Assembly (NCBI GenBank): GCA_964561855.1
Contig: CAZLQP010000002.1
Span: 99 to 64,098, forward strand
Source of the DNA: an uncultured Burkholderiales bacterium
GTDB taxonomy: Bacteria > Actinomycetota > Acidimicrobiia > IMCC26256 > JAGPDB01
Direction: 5' to 3'
DNA length: 64,000 nucleotides
Positions within the stretch are counted from its first letter, which is position 1; every line of letters starts with the position of its first letter. The notes under the pieces are model-generated. The model was given only the letters and a program-made list of their open reading frames with translations, made no database searches and was not told the DNA's origin. Positions 54,568-64,000 of the stretch are shown here, piece after piece. A program made the position numbers and the translations under genes.

Positions 54568-54906
54568 CTAAAACAACAGTCCACCGATAGGAACAGGCTT
54601 CCCCGGTTCGACCAGCACAACATTGCCATTTTCATCAGGTACACCAAGAGTCAATACTTCGCTCATAAATGGACCAATCTGGCGTGGAGGAAAGTTAACG
54701 ACGCCGAGAATTTGTTTACCCAATAGATCATTTCGTTGATAATTCTCGGTAATTTGTGCAGAAGATTTTTTTATTTCTAAATCTTCACCAAAATCGATAG
54801 TTAGCTTATATGCAGGTTTTCGCGCTTGAGGAAAATCATCTACTGCAATAATTTTTCCAACCGCGATTTTTACTTTATCGAAATCTTCATACACAATTTC
54901 ATCCAC
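54568..54906 (-). CDS. tRNA-binding domain protein (CsaA-like)
   Basis: 112 aa with F.KV.I.VGKI..V..FP.ARKPAYKL.IDFG... and an OB-fold tRNA-binding-domain pattern. Confidence 0.8.
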   Translation of the reverse strand: MDEIVYEDFDKVKIAVGKIIAVDDFPQARKPAYKLTIDFGEDLEIKKSSAQITENYQRNDLLGKQILGVVNFPPRQIGPFMSEVLTLGVPDENGNVVLVEPGKPVPIGGLLF

Positions 54907-54908
54907 AA

Positions 54909-55124
54909 CTAATCCTTTGGTGTTAAAACATTTTCGATCTCAAACCTAACTGCTTCTACCCTCTTTTGACAAAAGTCAATCAACACATGTGCTCTTTTAA
55001 CTTTTTCACTAAGCAAATCAATATCGACATCACGTTGATCTATCTCTTCAACTATGGTTTCTAATTCTTCCATAGCCTCTTTATAATTTTTTGGTAAGTC
55101 ATCTTTTTTCTTTGTTGCTGGCAT
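54909..55124 (-). CDS. xseB: Exodeoxyribonuclease VII small subunit
   Basis: 71 aa with YKEAMEELETIVEEID, typical of XseB. It directly follows xseA. Confidence 0.85.
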   Translation of the reverse strand: MPATKKKDDLPKNYKEAMEELETIVEEIDQRDVDIDLLSEKVKRAHVLIDFCQKRVEAVRFEIENVLTPKD

Positions 55125-56407
55125 TATTTTTCCTTTATTTCTTTCACATTTGAAACAAGTTCAAAGTCTGCGAGTTTGGTAATTATTTCTGAATCGATCT
55201 CAAGATCTTCCTTAGAACGAAGTACTTTGCCTTGTGAATCTGTTGTCAATGAGTAACCCCTCTCTAACACTCGTTGTGGGTCATGTGCTCTAACAATTTG
55301 TTTAGTTGAAGTCAGATATTGAGAAGCTGAAGAAATTTGATTATGAAATGCTGTAATCATTGTTTTTTCAATATTTGAAACATGCAACTGATATTTTTCT
55401 AACACGTTCTCGCTATCGCTTAATCGTTGAGTAAGAAAACCGAGATTTGTTTGAATGCTGTTTAAATTCTCATTAACTCTGTTTATAATTTGCTGACTAA
55501 GTTGTTCAACTTCCTCAATCGATCCAGCTACACGATCGATCAAAAACTGTGCACAAGCTGTAGGGGTTTTGAAGCTAGAGTGCGCCACAATATCTGCAAC
55601 AGATACATCAATTTGATGTCCAAGTCCGGTAATAACAGCAGCTTTAGAACCACAAATCGCACGAGCAATAGTTTCAGAATCGAACGAAACTAGATCAGAT
55701 TTTGCACCGCCACCTCTACAAAGCAAAATTACATCTGTATCAATAGTGTTTGCAATTTCCAATGCTTTAGATACAGATTCGACTGAACCCGAACCTTGCA
55801 TCAAAGCATTAATTACTTTAATTTGAAAACCAAAACCTGAAGCTTTAAGTTGATCAGTGACATCATGATATGCGGCAGAATCCAATGCTGTAATTAGGAC
55901 TAGATTCATCGGTAATTCATTGATTTCGTGGACAGCATTAGAACGCAAAATTCCTTCACGTTCTAATTTTTCTAAAAGCTTACGTCGCGCAATTGCAATC
56001 TGGCCCAATGTAAAATCAGTATCAACATCACTTACAACTAGTGACATCTTTCCGTATGGAGCATAAAAATTTGGTTTGACTTTAAGACGCACTTCACGAT
56101 CTTCAGCCAAAACTTCTCTTAAGTCTGCTTTAATCTTGCTCGCACTAAACTTAAACAAACTTACTGGTATGGTGGAATTCGATCCTCTATCCGAGTCGCA
56201 GAGATTGAAGTAAATATGACCGCTTGAATGAAAATTGAGCCTTTGAATTTCTCCCTTTACCCAAACTTCTTCAGGAAATGATGCAGAGATAGCGTCAGAT
56301 ATTGCTTCGTTAATTTCACTAACACTTAATGTCATCTCGGATTCCGAACTTTTTCCAAGGTAGTCAAATAGTTCTGATGTTTCCGAGTAGAGGTCAGTAT
56401 TTTCCAC
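55124..56407 (-). CDS. xseA: Exodeoxyribonuclease VII large subunit
   Basis: 427 aa with an N-terminal OB fold (VWVKGEIQRLNFHSSGHIYFNL), a catalytic region (RGGG..DL..F) and a C-terminal coiled coil. GTG start. Confidence 0.85.
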   Translation of the reverse strand: MENTDLYSETSELFDYLGKSSESEMTLSVSEINEAISDAISASFPEEVWVKGEIQRLNFHSSGHIYFNLCDSDRGSNSTIPVSLFKFSASKIKADLREVLAEDREVRLKVKPNFYAPYGKMSLVVSDVDTDFTLGQIAIARRKLLEKLEREGILRSNAVHEINELPMNLVLITALDSAAYHDVTDQLKASGFGFQIKVINALMQGSGSVESVSKALEIANTIDTDVILLCRGGGAKSDLVSFDSETIARAICGSKAAVITGLGHQIDVSVADIVAHSSFKTPTACAQFLIDRVAGSIEEVEQLSQQIINRVNENLNSIQTNLGFLTQRLSDSENVLEKYQLHVSNIEKTMITAFHNQISSASQYLTSTKQIVRAHDPQRVLERGYSLTTDSQGKVLRSKEDLEIDSEIITKLADFELVSNVKEIKEK

Positions 56408-56430
56408 CGTATTAGACTAACCGATCAGCT

Positions 56431-57207
56431 ATGAATTCCGCTCTTTTTCTACATGCCCATCCTGATGATGAATCTATATTTACAGGCGGAACTATCTCGC
56501 TACTCGCAAAGCTGGGACACGAAATCACACTGGTTTTCGCAACAGGTGGAGAATTAGGTATCGACACGGACGATGAATTTGAGTTAGTGCATCATCGACA
56601 AAAAGAAGCGCGAAACTCAGCAAAAATCTTGGGAGTGGACAATGTATATTTTTTGGACTTTCACGATAGCGGCTTAGATGCTAAGAATTTTCCAGCTAAT
56701 GCTTTCGCTACTTGCGATGTTGGGTCAGCTGCAAGGAAACTTAACCAGATCGTGGAAAATCACAATGTGGACTCACTGTTTTGCGATGACTCTTTTGGAG
56801 TTTACGGCCATCCCGACCACCTTCAAGCTCATCAAGTAGCAACCAAAGCCGCTGAAATCGGAAGAATCGATGAACTCTACTTTCATACAGTTGATCGAGA
56901 GTATCTACATTTTGTAGAGACTCATCTTGTCGAAGAAGCTCACTTATCCCACCCTCATGAAAGCGAAGCCAAGCAGGGTCATATCGGAATGTCGAGTATA
57001 GAAATCACCCACACTATAGATATTGCGAGTGAGATTGACACAAAACGTGCTTCTATGACAGCGCATAGATCTCAGATTTCTGATACTTCTTCGGCTTTTT
57101 CTTTAAATGATAGTGACTTTCGAAATGTATATGGATATGAATGGTTCGTTTGCGCAAAAAGCCCTAAAGACTCTGAAAGAATTCTCGACAATCTGCCTCG
57201 ACGCTAG
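56431..57207 (+). CDS. PIG-L/LmbE-family N-acetylglucosaminyl deacetylase (MshB/Mca-like)
   Basis: 258 aa with AHPDDESIFTGG and HPDH zinc-ligand motifs. Confidence 0.8.
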   Translation: MNSALFLHAHPDDESIFTGGTISLLAKLGHEITLVFATGGELGIDTDDEFELVHHRQKEARNSAKILGVDNVYFLDFHDSGLDAKNFPANAFATCDVGSAARKLNQIVENHNVDSLFCDDSFGVYGHPDHLQAHQVATKAAEIGRIDELYFHTVDREYLHFVETHLVEEAHLSHPHESEAKQGHIGMSSIEITHTIDIASEIDTKRASMTAHRSQISDTSSAFSLNDSDFRNVYGYEWFVCAKSPKDSERILDNLPRR

Positions 57208-57228
57208 CCATTGGCATAGAATGAAGCT

Positions 57229-57564
57229 ATGGAAATTGAAGAAGTAGATGTAAAAACTGCACTCGCAGAGATGAACAACGGTGCGATGTTACTTGATGTC
57301 AGAGAAGACAATGAATACGTCGCTGGGCATGCAGATGGCGCAGTTTCTATCCCATTGAGTGAACTCGAGTACCGATTAGATGATGTTCCGATGGATCAAG
57401 AGATCTATTGCATTTGTCGATCTGGTGGAAGAAGTGGCCAAGCCGCTGCAGCACTGAGAGAAGTCGGTTATCACGCGATAAATGTAATGGGAGGCTCTCT
57501 AGAATGGCATGCTCAGGGTCTACCTTTCGTTTCCGAAGACGACTCCAAACCCCAAGTCCTCTAA
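57229..57564 (+). CDS. Rhodanese-domain sulfurtransferase
   Basis: 111 aa with the active-site loop CRSGGRSG. Confidence 0.85.
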   Translation: MEIEEVDVKTALAEMNNGAMLLDVREDNEYVAGHADGAVSIPLSELEYRLDDVPMDQEIYCICRSGGRSGQAAAALREVGYHAINVMGGSLEWHAQGLPFVSEDDSKPQVL

Positions 57565-57671
57565 GAAAAGGTCCGTCCTCTGCAGAAAAGCAGAAAAGGT
57601 CCGTCCTCTGAATCTTGCGATAAATTGCATGAGTACAAGATAATACAAGATTCAGAGGACGGACCTTTTCT
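57564..57671. repeat. Family-3 repeat cluster forming a 26-bp-stem hairpin
   Basis: AGAAAAGGTCCGTCCTCTG occurs at 57564-57582 and within 57592-57617. The inverted copy CAAGATTCAGAGGACGGACCTTTTCT lies at 57646-57671. The element sits between convergent genes, and the minus-strand stop at 57652-57654 lies inside one arm. Confidence 0.9.
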
Positions 57672-58098
57672 CGAAATGGGTGATTGAGTTTGGGAAATCG
57701 ATTGTATCTTTGGCAATAAAAATTTCACCGCTTAAGAACCAACCTTTACCTTCTTTAACTAAATCCAATTCATAACCGAATGGAATCCTCTCACCGATTA
57801 ACTCGCCCTTTGTTGAAAAAAAATCTTGATGGTCCATTCTCAATGCGAATGACTCGAGAGAAAAACTCCAATGTCCGTCTTTAATTTCTTCATTTATATC
57901 TGACCAAACTCCATCAGCTCGAATTTCATAAGTTTTACCCAGTGGTAAATCCTCATCAAGAAAAACAACTAGATTATTTTCAGATTCTGCAAATACTATT
58001 TCTAAATTTCTTGAATCTATGTCTTGACGATATTCAAACTTAAACGTTTCAATATCACCTCGCATATCTTGAGTGCTGATGCTTATAAAGTTATACAT
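57652..58098 (-). CDS. Hypothetical protein
   Basis: 148-aa ORF with no family recognised. The C-terminal residues KRSVL and the stop are encoded by the repeat. Confidence 0.5.
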   Translation of the reverse strand: MYNFISISTQDMRGDIETFKFEYRQDIDSRNLEIVFAESENNLVVFLDEDLPLGKTYEIRADGVWSDINEEIKDGHWSFSLESFALRMDHQDFFSTKGELIGERIPFGYELDLVKEGKGWFLSGEIFIAKDTIDFPNSITHFEKRSVL

Positions 58099-58100
58099 TT

Positions 58101-58613
58101 CTAAATTGCACCTTCATGATGGAGCAACCACTTCTTCATTTGCATGTTATCTTCACCGTTACCCATATAGCCTCCAAGTCCACCATCGGCCGATATGACT
58201 CTATGACATGGAACAATAATTGGTAGAGGATTTTTACGCATTGCTGTACCTACTGCTCTAGCCGCCAAGGGAGATCCGGCAAGCTCTGCTAGTTCGGAAT
58301 ATGAAACCATCTGTGACACTTCAACTCCTGAGACAAGTGATTCATACGCATTTGCATGAAAACTACTCACTTGACTCAAAGCATGCTTAAATCCACTGAA
58401 TCTCACGAGTAACTCCCAGCTAGTTTTAACACTTACTAAAGAATCTGCTGCAAAATAATCCTCAAAAAGCCCAGACAACTTTTCTTCAAATTCATTCTTG
58501 CTATCTCGAGAAAGTACCTCTATATCAGCACGCCAACCTGGCAGTAAAATCTCTTGGACATATCCATCACCAGTGAAAACCCTTATGTCTCCTATTGGCG
58601 ATTGAATAATCAT
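58101..58613 (-). CDS. ogt: Methylated-DNA--protein-cysteine methyltransferase
   Basis: 170 aa with the active site IIVPCHRVI and YSELA..AG.P.AARAVG. Confidence 0.85.
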   Translation of the reverse strand: MIIQSPIGDIRVFTGDGYVQEILLPGWRADIEVLSRDSKNEFEEKLSGLFEDYFAADSLVSVKTSWELLVRFSGFKHALSQVSSFHANAYESLVSGVEVSQMVSYSELAELAGSPLAARAVGTAMRKNPLPIIVPCHRVISADGGLGGYMGNGEDNMQMKKWLLHHEGAI

Positions 58614-59543
58614 TTATGCAAACTGCTTTACATCCTCTTGTTTTGCTCTTACAGCGTCAGCAGCTGCAAGCAATTCTGCTTGTTCAGAAATATCCAAAGG
58701 AAGTTCTACAATCTTTTCGACGCCTTTTGCACCAATAACTGCGGGAACACCTAAGTAAACATCGCTAATGCCATACTCGCCATTCATTGAAGCACAAACC
58801 GGCATCTCTTCTTTTGTATCTTGAGCTATTGCTTCTACCATTTTTGCAGCAGCAGAAGACGGTGCGTAATATGCTGATCCAGTTTTTAGAAGACCAACAA
58901 TTTCTGCTCCGCCATCACGAGTCTTTTGAACTAACTCTTCGATATCGTTAGCTGGTAACACATTAACAAGTGCTTTGCCTTGTACTTTAACCAAAGAAGG
59001 AACTGGGACCATCGTCTCTCCGTGAGACCCAAGTGTGAGAGCTTCAACTTCTTGAGGTCGCACACCGGCTTTTTCAGCTACAAAATGCTTAAAGCGAGCA
59101 GTGTCTAACATTCCCGCTTGACCCATTACTTTTTCTGGGGAAAATCCACTGACCATTGATGCCAATGCAGTCATTTCATCAAGCGGATTAGAAACAACGA
59201 CCAAAATAGCGTTCGGAGAATGTTCGGCCAATGATTTAGTTACTGCTGAGACAATTCCAGCATTAACTTCCAATAAATCCATTCGACTCATGCCAGGCTT
59301 TCGAGGCAGCCCAGCTGTAATTACACAAATATCGGAACCAGCAGTCTCTTCGTAGCCATTAGTACCGATAATTCGGGTATCAAAATCTTCGATACTGCGA
59401 GATTGCATCATATCTAGAGCTAAACCTTGCGGTTTTCCTTCGATAATGTCAACGATCACTACTTCATCAGCGTAGTTTGCTTCTGCAATTCTTTGAGCAG
59501 TAGTAGAACCATAAAATCCAGCGCCTACAACAGTAATTTTCAT
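58614..59543 (-). CDS. mdh: Malate dehydrogenase (LDH-like family)
   Basis: 309 aa with the Rossmann motif KITVVGAGFYGSTTA, GLPRKPGMSR, and the catalytic His context LGSHGETMVP. Confidence 0.9.
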   Translation of the reverse strand: MKITVVGAGFYGSTTAQRIAEANYADEVVIVDIIEGKPQGLALDMMQSRSIEDFDTRIIGTNGYEETAGSDICVITAGLPRKPGMSRMDLLEVNAGIVSAVTKSLAEHSPNAILVVVSNPLDEMTALASMVSGFSPEKVMGQAGMLDTARFKHFVAEKAGVRPQEVEALTLGSHGETMVPVPSLVKVQGKALVNVLPANDIEELVQKTRDGGAEIVGLLKTGSAYYAPSSAAAKMVEAIAQDTKEEMPVCASMNGEYGISDVYLGVPAVIGAKGVEKIVELPLDISEQAELLAAADAVRAKQEDVKQFA

Positions 59544-59607
59544 ATCTCTCCTCTTTCGTTGTCAAAATCATTCTAATTAACGAAAGCAAGACAATACTCA
59601 TCGCATG

Positions 59608-59642
59608 TCCGTTTTGTGAAAAATGGAGGGTCAGTCCTCCGG
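59608..59642. repeat. Half copy of family-2 repeat (loop 3' part plus right arm)
   Basis: CCGTTTTGTGAAAAATGGAGGGTCAGTCCTCCGG aligns with CGCTTTTGTACCTTTTGGAGGGTCAGTCCTCCGG at 20284-20317. It supplies ..PED* to CDS 59631..60620. Confidence 0.8.
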
Positions 59643-60620
59643 GAGGGGTTCGTTGCGGTAACTGTCTACGAATGCGCTAACGACCAATGCACCAGGTACA
59701 GCGAACAATGCTCCTACGAAACCGAACAAAGCGCTACCGACCAACAACGACAAGATAATTGCGATTGGATGAAGTTTGACGGTTTTTCCCATGAGTATCG
59801 GTGAAAGGATATAACCTTCCAACTGTTGAATAACTGTATAGACAACTGCTACAACAATTCCCTTTTGCACAGATTCTGTCAACCCGATCAATACTGCAGG
59901 GATTGCTGCGACTATCGGTCCAATCGTTGGAATAATTTCTAAAAGAGCGGCAATAATCCCCAAAGCGCCAGCATAAGGAAGACCCAATATAGTTGCAGCT
60001 AACCAAGTCACTATTCCGACTGCTGCTGAAATCAAAACCTGACCATACACCCAACGACCTAATCGTTGTTCGATTCGATCCCAAATATCTTTTGCTCTGT
60101 CTTGCTGATCTTTAGGAATATACGTGACCAGAGTCTCCTTTATTCGATCGTAGCTACTCAACCAATAAGCGGCAATCACAACAACCATTACAACTCCGAT
60201 AATGCCGACCACGATAGATGCTCCATATCCAAGCGCTATTTGTGAAACATCTTCAGGAGAACTAGAAATGTAATCCTGTAACTGTTCGACGTCAAGATTG
60301 AAGTCATCTAAAAACGAAAGCTCTTGAATTTTTTCATCGATAACATCGACCAGAATTGAAAACTCATTTCTAATGGCTGGGACCAAATAAAACCCGACTG
60401 CAGTCAGTAATCCGCTCAATGCAGCAACAGGAAACAAAACAGCAAAACCTGCGGGAATGTGAAATTTTTTCAAGTACCTAACGAGGGGCAAGAGAATTAT
60501 GGTCACCATAAAAGATACAAACATCAGAATTGCAACAAATCTCAATTGCCAAAAGATAAAAGCAACCGCTAAAGCCAGAACAATCGTTAAAGGCGAAAAA
60601 AGTTGCTTCTTTTCTGACAT
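59631..60620 (-). CDS. AI-2E (PerM/YhhT) family transporter
   Basis: 329 aa with about 8 TM helices and the conserved EIIPTIGP-type motif (LEIIPTIGPIVAAIP). Confidence 0.8.
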   Translation of the reverse strand: MSEKKQLFSPLTIVLALAVAFIFWQLRFVAILMFVSFMVTIILLPLVRYLKKFHIPAGFAVLFPVAALSGLLTAVGFYLVPAIRNEFSILVDVIDEKIQELSFLDDFNLDVEQLQDYISSSPEDVSQIALGYGASIVVGIIGVVMVVVIAAYWLSSYDRIKETLVTYIPKDQQDRAKDIWDRIEQRLGRWVYGQVLISAAVGIVTWLAATILGLPYAGALGIIAALLEIIPTIGPIVAAIPAVLIGLTESVQKGIVVAVVYTVIQQLEGYILSPILMGKTVKLHPIAIILSLLVGSALFGFVGALFAVPGALVVSAFVDSYRNEPLPED

Positions 60621-61825
60621 TACATCCTTTGTGTCATGGCCTGAGCGAACTCAAGTGTTCCAACTTCTGTTGCATTTTCCATTGCTCTAGCAAAATCGTA
60701 GGTAACAATTCTTTCTTCAATAGTTTGAGCTAACGAATTCGTGATCAGTTCAGCTGCTTCAAACCATCCCAAATGTTCAAACATCAATACTCCTGAGAGG
60801 ATCACTGATCCAGGATTTACTTTGTTTTGTCCTGCATACTTTGGCGCAGTACCATGGGTTGCCTCAAAAATGCCGTGACCTGTTGTGTAGTTAATATTTC
60901 CACCAGGAGCTATGCCAATACCGCCAACTTGTGCAGCCAATGCATCTGAAAGATAGTCTCCATTTAAATTACAGGTAGCTAATACATCAAACTGAGATGG
61001 ATTAAGTAAAGCTTGTTGAAATGCATTATCTGCAATCACATCCTGTACCAAAATTTTATCTCCAGGATCTCCTCCACAATCTTCCCAAGAAATATGTGTA
61101 TCAGAGAACTCTTCCTTTACAAGGTCATAGCCCCACTGCATGAATGCACCCTCAGTAAATTTTTGAATGTTCCCTTTATGAATAAGTGAAACACTTCGTC
61201 TATTTCTTTCAACAGAATATTTCAATGCTGCTCTTATAAGTCTTTTAGAACCAGTAACTGATACAGGTTTGATTCCCACACCTGAATCTTCTCTTATTTT
61301 CCATCCATAAGTGTCGTACAAAAACTCGATCAACTTCTTAACTGCAGGAGTGTTGTATTCAAGCTCCATACCGGCATATATATCTTCTGTATTTTCTCGA
61401 AAGATAACCATATCCACATCAGATGGGTTTTTAACAGGAGAAGGTACACCATTGAAATACTTAACAGGTCTTAAGCAAACGTATAAATCGAGCAGTTGTC
61501 TTAAAGCGACATTGAGACTTCGAATTCCACCACCAACAGGTGTGGTTAAAGGACCTTTAATTCCAACTAGATATTTCTGAAAAGCATCAACAGTAGCTTG
61601 AGGCAGCCACTCACCAGTTTCATCAAAAGCAGCTTGCCCTGCTAAAACTTTCTCCCAAGCTACTTTCTTTGCACCCCCATAAGCCTTTTCTAAAGCTGTA
61701 TCGAAAACTAATTGAGCTGCAGGCCATATATCGATTCCAATACCATCACCTTCGATATAAGGAATTATTGGATCATTAGGAACATTTAGAGAGAGGTCAT
61801 CATTCAGCGTGAGTGCTGTTGCCAT
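60620..61825 (-). CDS. icd: NADP-dependent isocitrate dehydrogenase (homodimeric type)
   Basis: 401 aa with [24 protein letters not shown] and HGTAPKYAG. Confidence 0.9.
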   Translation of the reverse strand: MATALTLNDDLSLNVPNDPIIPYIEGDGIGIDIWPAAQLVFDTALEKAYGGAKKVAWEKVLAGQAAFDETGEWLPQATVDAFQKYLVGIKGPLTTPVGGGIRSLNVALRQLLDLYVCLRPVKYFNGVPSPVKNPSDVDMVIFRENTEDIYAGMELEYNTPAVKKLIEFLYDTYGWKIREDSGVGIKPVSVTGSKRLIRAALKYSVERNRRSVSLIHKGNIQKFTEGAFMQWGYDLVKEEFSDTHISWEDCGGDPGDKILVQDVIADNAFQQALLNPSQFDVLATCNLNGDYLSDALAAQVGGIGIAPGGNINYTTGHGIFEATHGTAPKYAGQNKVNPGSVILSGVLMFEHLGWFEAAELITNSLAQTIEERIVTYDFARAMENATEVGTLEFAQAMTQRM

Positions 61826-61846
61826 TTAAAATCCTTTGAAAAAATT

Positions 61847-62107
61847 CTAGCGTGCGATTAGAACTGCAATAATCGTAGCAATATATACTGCTGAGACTGT
61901 AACACCGAAAATTGCAATGTCTTTAGTTCTAGGAAATTTGGTTACGGGCTGCTTATAGCCACAGTGGTTGCATCCAACAAAACCACTATCTTTTACAGTT
62001 GGATCAATTTTTGAATATGTGATTTCTCTGAGACACAAGTGGCATTGAATACTGGTCAGATCTTCTGCGCTATTGCCGTCGGGCATTTGACTAAAAGCTT
62101 CTGTCAT
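61847..62107 (-). CDS. Hypothetical zinc-ribbon protein with C-terminal TM helix
   Basis: 86 aa with the CxxC...CxxC pattern (CHLCLRE, CNHCGY) followed by one hydrophobic helix. Confidence 0.5.
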   Translation of the reverse strand: MTEAFSQMPDGNSAEDLTSIQCHLCLREITYSKIDPTVKDSGFVGCNHCGYKQPVTKFPRTKDIAIFGVTVSAVYIATIIAVLIAR

Positions 62108-62210
62108 GGAGCTATATTTTTACACAAAAGGAACCAATAACCTTCGATCTAACCACCTTGAGTGGATTGGAAGTACACCTGTTCGCATATAGAACTAAGC
62201 CAGTGCATCT

Positions 62211-63068
62211 CTATACAATTCTTTGTGCAGCCCTAACGCAGTTGCGAAGTAACATTGCGATTGTTGTAGGTCCTACTCCTCCAATGCGGGGTGTCATATA
62301 AGATGCAACCTCTGCGCAATCCTCTGAAATATCAGGTACAAGTTTTCTCCCATCGGTAAATGTCATTCCTGCTGAAACCAATACCGCACCGGGCTTAACC
62401 ATATCTTTTGTTACCGTGTTTGGAGAGCCAACAGCTGCAATAACTACATCTGCTTGTTTAGTGTAAGACGCAATATCTTTAGTACCTGTATGAACAACCG
62501 TAACTGTTGCATTCGCATTAGTTTCTTTTAGTGTCAGAAGATTAGCTATTGGTCTACCAATGGTTAACCCTCTTCCAATCACAACTACATGTTTTCCATT
62601 GAGGTCTATTCCATTTTCCGCAAGTAATGCTTGGATTCCTAGAGGCGTACAGGGACGAGGAGCATCTGCACCCATTACAAGTTTTCCTAAATTAACTGGA
62701 TGTAAACCATCTGCGTCTTTATTAGGATCGATTGCCAATAATACTTCGAGCTCATTACATTGCTTTGGTAGTGGCAGCTGTACAATAAACGCGTGAACAT
62801 TTGGATCCTCGTTCATATTCTTTACAGCTTGTAATACCTGCTCTTGAGTTGAATCGCCGGCTAATTCAACATGAATATTTTCAATGCCCACTTCATGGCA
62901 CGCTTTTTGTTTACGTCGAATGTAGCTCTGTGAATTCGGATCTTCTCCAACAAGTATTGTTCCTAGACCTGGAGTGACTCCTGCTTCAGCAAGAAGTTTG
63001 ATCTTCTCTTGAAGTCGAGCTTTTTCTGCTTCTAGAAAATCTGTGCCACTTAATAATTTTGCCGTCAT
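62211..63068 (-). CDS. folD: Bifunctional methylenetetrahydrofolate dehydrogenase/cyclohydrolase
   Basis: 285 aa with SQSYIRRKQKAC, PLP.., DGLHP.N.G, TPLG and GGVGPTTIAML. Confidence 0.9.
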   Translation of the reverse strand: MTAKLLSGTDFLEAEKARLQEKIKLLAEAGVTPGLGTILVGEDPNSQSYIRRKQKACHEVGIENIHVELAGDSTQEQVLQAVKNMNEDPNVHAFIVQLPLPKQCNELEVLLAIDPNKDADGLHPVNLGKLVMGADAPRPCTPLGIQALLAENGIDLNGKHVVVIGRGLTIGRPIANLLTLKETNANATVTVVHTGTKDIASYTKQADVVIAAVGSPNTVTKDMVKPGAVLVSAGMTFTDGRKLVPDISEDCAEVASYMTPRIGGVGPTTIAMLLRNCVRAAQRIV

Positions 63069-63077
63069 AGCAATACT

Positions 63078-64000
63078 CTAATGTCTGAAGTGCCTAGTGC
63101 CAGTAAATATCATTGCGATGCCATGTTCATTTGCAGCCTCTATGACTTCTTCATCTCTCATAGAGCCTCCTGGCTGAATCACGACACTAACTCCTGTTTC
63201 TGCAGCTGCGTCTATCCCGTCTCTGAATGGAAAGAATGCATCAGAGGCACATGCTCCACCCTTTGCCCTATCTCCAGCCTTTTTTGCAGCTATTTCAGCA
63301 GAATGTACACGGCTCTGTTGTCCTGCGCCAATCCCAACTGCTTGAAAATTATTAGCCAGAACTATCGCATTTGAGTTTGTTGCTGCACATACTTTCCAAG
63401 CAAAAATTGCTTGTAACATTTCTTCATCAGTTGGCTTTCGGTCAGTAACCACTTTCCAATCATCTTGATTGTCAAAAAAATCATCTGCATCTTGAAACAA
63501 AAATGCGCCATCGATATGTTTAATATCCCAAGCGACCTTCGAAGGCTTGTCTGCTGAGATGACACGAACATTCTTTTTAGTAGAGAAAAGATCTAGCGCT
63601 TCTTTGGAAAAGCTAGGTGCAATAACCACTTCAGTAAAAGCAGAGATCACCTCTTTAGCTGTTTGCTCATCAACTTCAGCATTCAATGCAACTACTCCGC
63701 CAAAAGCAGATACATCATCACAAGCGAACGCGTTTTTATATGCATCATAAATGTTATCTGCGCTAGCTACCCCACAAGGATTTGCGTGTTTGACTATCAC
63801 ACAAGAATGTTGATCAAACTGATTCACTAATGACCATGAAGCTTGAATATCTAGATAGTTGATATAACTCAGCTCTTTCCCTTGATGGACTTCCATCGAT
63901 TGAGGCCACGATGGAGCATGATTCACAGACTCATAAAGAGCTGCTTTTTGATGAGGGTTCTCACCGTATCGCAAATCTCGAATTTTTCTTAGAGATAGCG
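63078..64000 (-). CDS. purH: Bifunctional AICAR transformylase/IMP cyclohydrolase, 5' end beyond window
   Basis: The C-terminal AICARFT domain is present (LRYGENPHQ, ..[13 protein letters not shown].., FTGTRHFRH). The frame stays open through nt 64000 upstream of the listed TTG at 63974. Confidence 0.9.
   Translation of the reverse strand, partial: LSLRKIRDLRYGENPHQKAALYESVNHAPSWPQSMEVHQGKELSYINYLDIQASWSLVNQFDQHSCVIVKHANPCGVASADNIYDAYKNAFACDDVSAFGGVVALNAEVDEQTAKEVISAFTEVVIAPSFSKEALDLFSTKKNVRVISADKPSKVAWDIKHIDGAFLFQDADDFFDNQDDWKVVTDRKPTDEEMLQAIFAWKVCAATNSNAIVLANNFQAVGIGAGQQSRVHSAEIAAKKAGDRAKGGACASDAFFPFRDGIDAAAETGVSVVIQPGGSMRDEEVIEAANEHGIAMIFTGTRHFRH

Noticed and set aside
57408-57611. Listed ORF 57408..57611 (+), 67 aa.
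   Set aside because: It is an alternative frame of the rhodanese gene that runs into the repeats, with Arg/Ser-rich junk composition.
59544-59580. A TTGACA hexamer (minus strand, 59565-59560) and an 8-bp inverted repeat CTTTCGTT/AACGAAAG just upstream of mdh.
   Set aside because: The TTGACA is only 16 nt from the ATG, with no -10 element between them. It is probably chance. The short hairpin next to the Shine-Dalgarno is not interpretable from sequence alone.

Overview
This 64-kb chromosomal window is AT-rich and tightly packed, with many 1-8 nt gene overlaps. It holds about 70 protein-coding genes. I found no rRNA, tRNA, CRISPR array, transposase or integrase. The gene content includes a WhiB-family regulator, a UPF0182 membrane protein, a class E sortase, a DivIVA-domain protein, an LLM/F420-type oxidoreductase, a PIG-L deacetylase and a Rieske gene inside the suf cluster. 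Together these suggest a streamlined low-GC actinobacterium. That assignment is inference only, because no database search was possible.

Layout, left to right:
- A glycosyltransferase / nucleotide-sugar cluster, including a WbpB/WbpE/WbpD-like diacetamido-sugar cassette, and an acyl-CoA dehydrogenase pair.
- sufC-sufS.
- A complete contiguous histidine operon, hisDGCHABFIE, on the minus strand.
- xth, sufU and an L,D-transpeptidase.
- sufB-sufD-Rieske-sufC.
- A six-gene envelope/morphogenesis operon: small TM ORF, mreB, sortase E, PDZ-Lon, DivIVA-fusion, UPF0182.
- An AhbA/B-like protein, copCD and ppk.
- htrA, tatA and whiB.
- sdhCAB.
- A small accessory-looking block: two tandem-repeat HTH-like ORFs, an EamA transporter and a TetR operon.
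- csaA-xseBA, ogt-mdh, icd and folD-purH.

Most interesting observations:
1. An unannotated 15-codon leader peptide, MTQTFFTEVHHHHHN, sits upstream of hisD. It has a near-consensus promoter placed for a leaderless transcript, and mutually exclusive antiterminator and terminator helices. This looks like a hisL-style attenuator.
2. A superfamily of nested palindromic repeats is built on a GGTC-N-GACC core. The copies sit on gene 3' ends, supply stop codons and C-terminal residues, and show concerted changes in both arms.
3. Two adjacent ORFs encode six copies of a roughly 55-aa HTH-like module. They are joined by a coding-looking segment that is only reachable through a -1 shift at a T5 run.
4. 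A DivIVA N-terminal domain is fused to a Mu-F-like C-terminal CxxC...PPxHxxCxC module.
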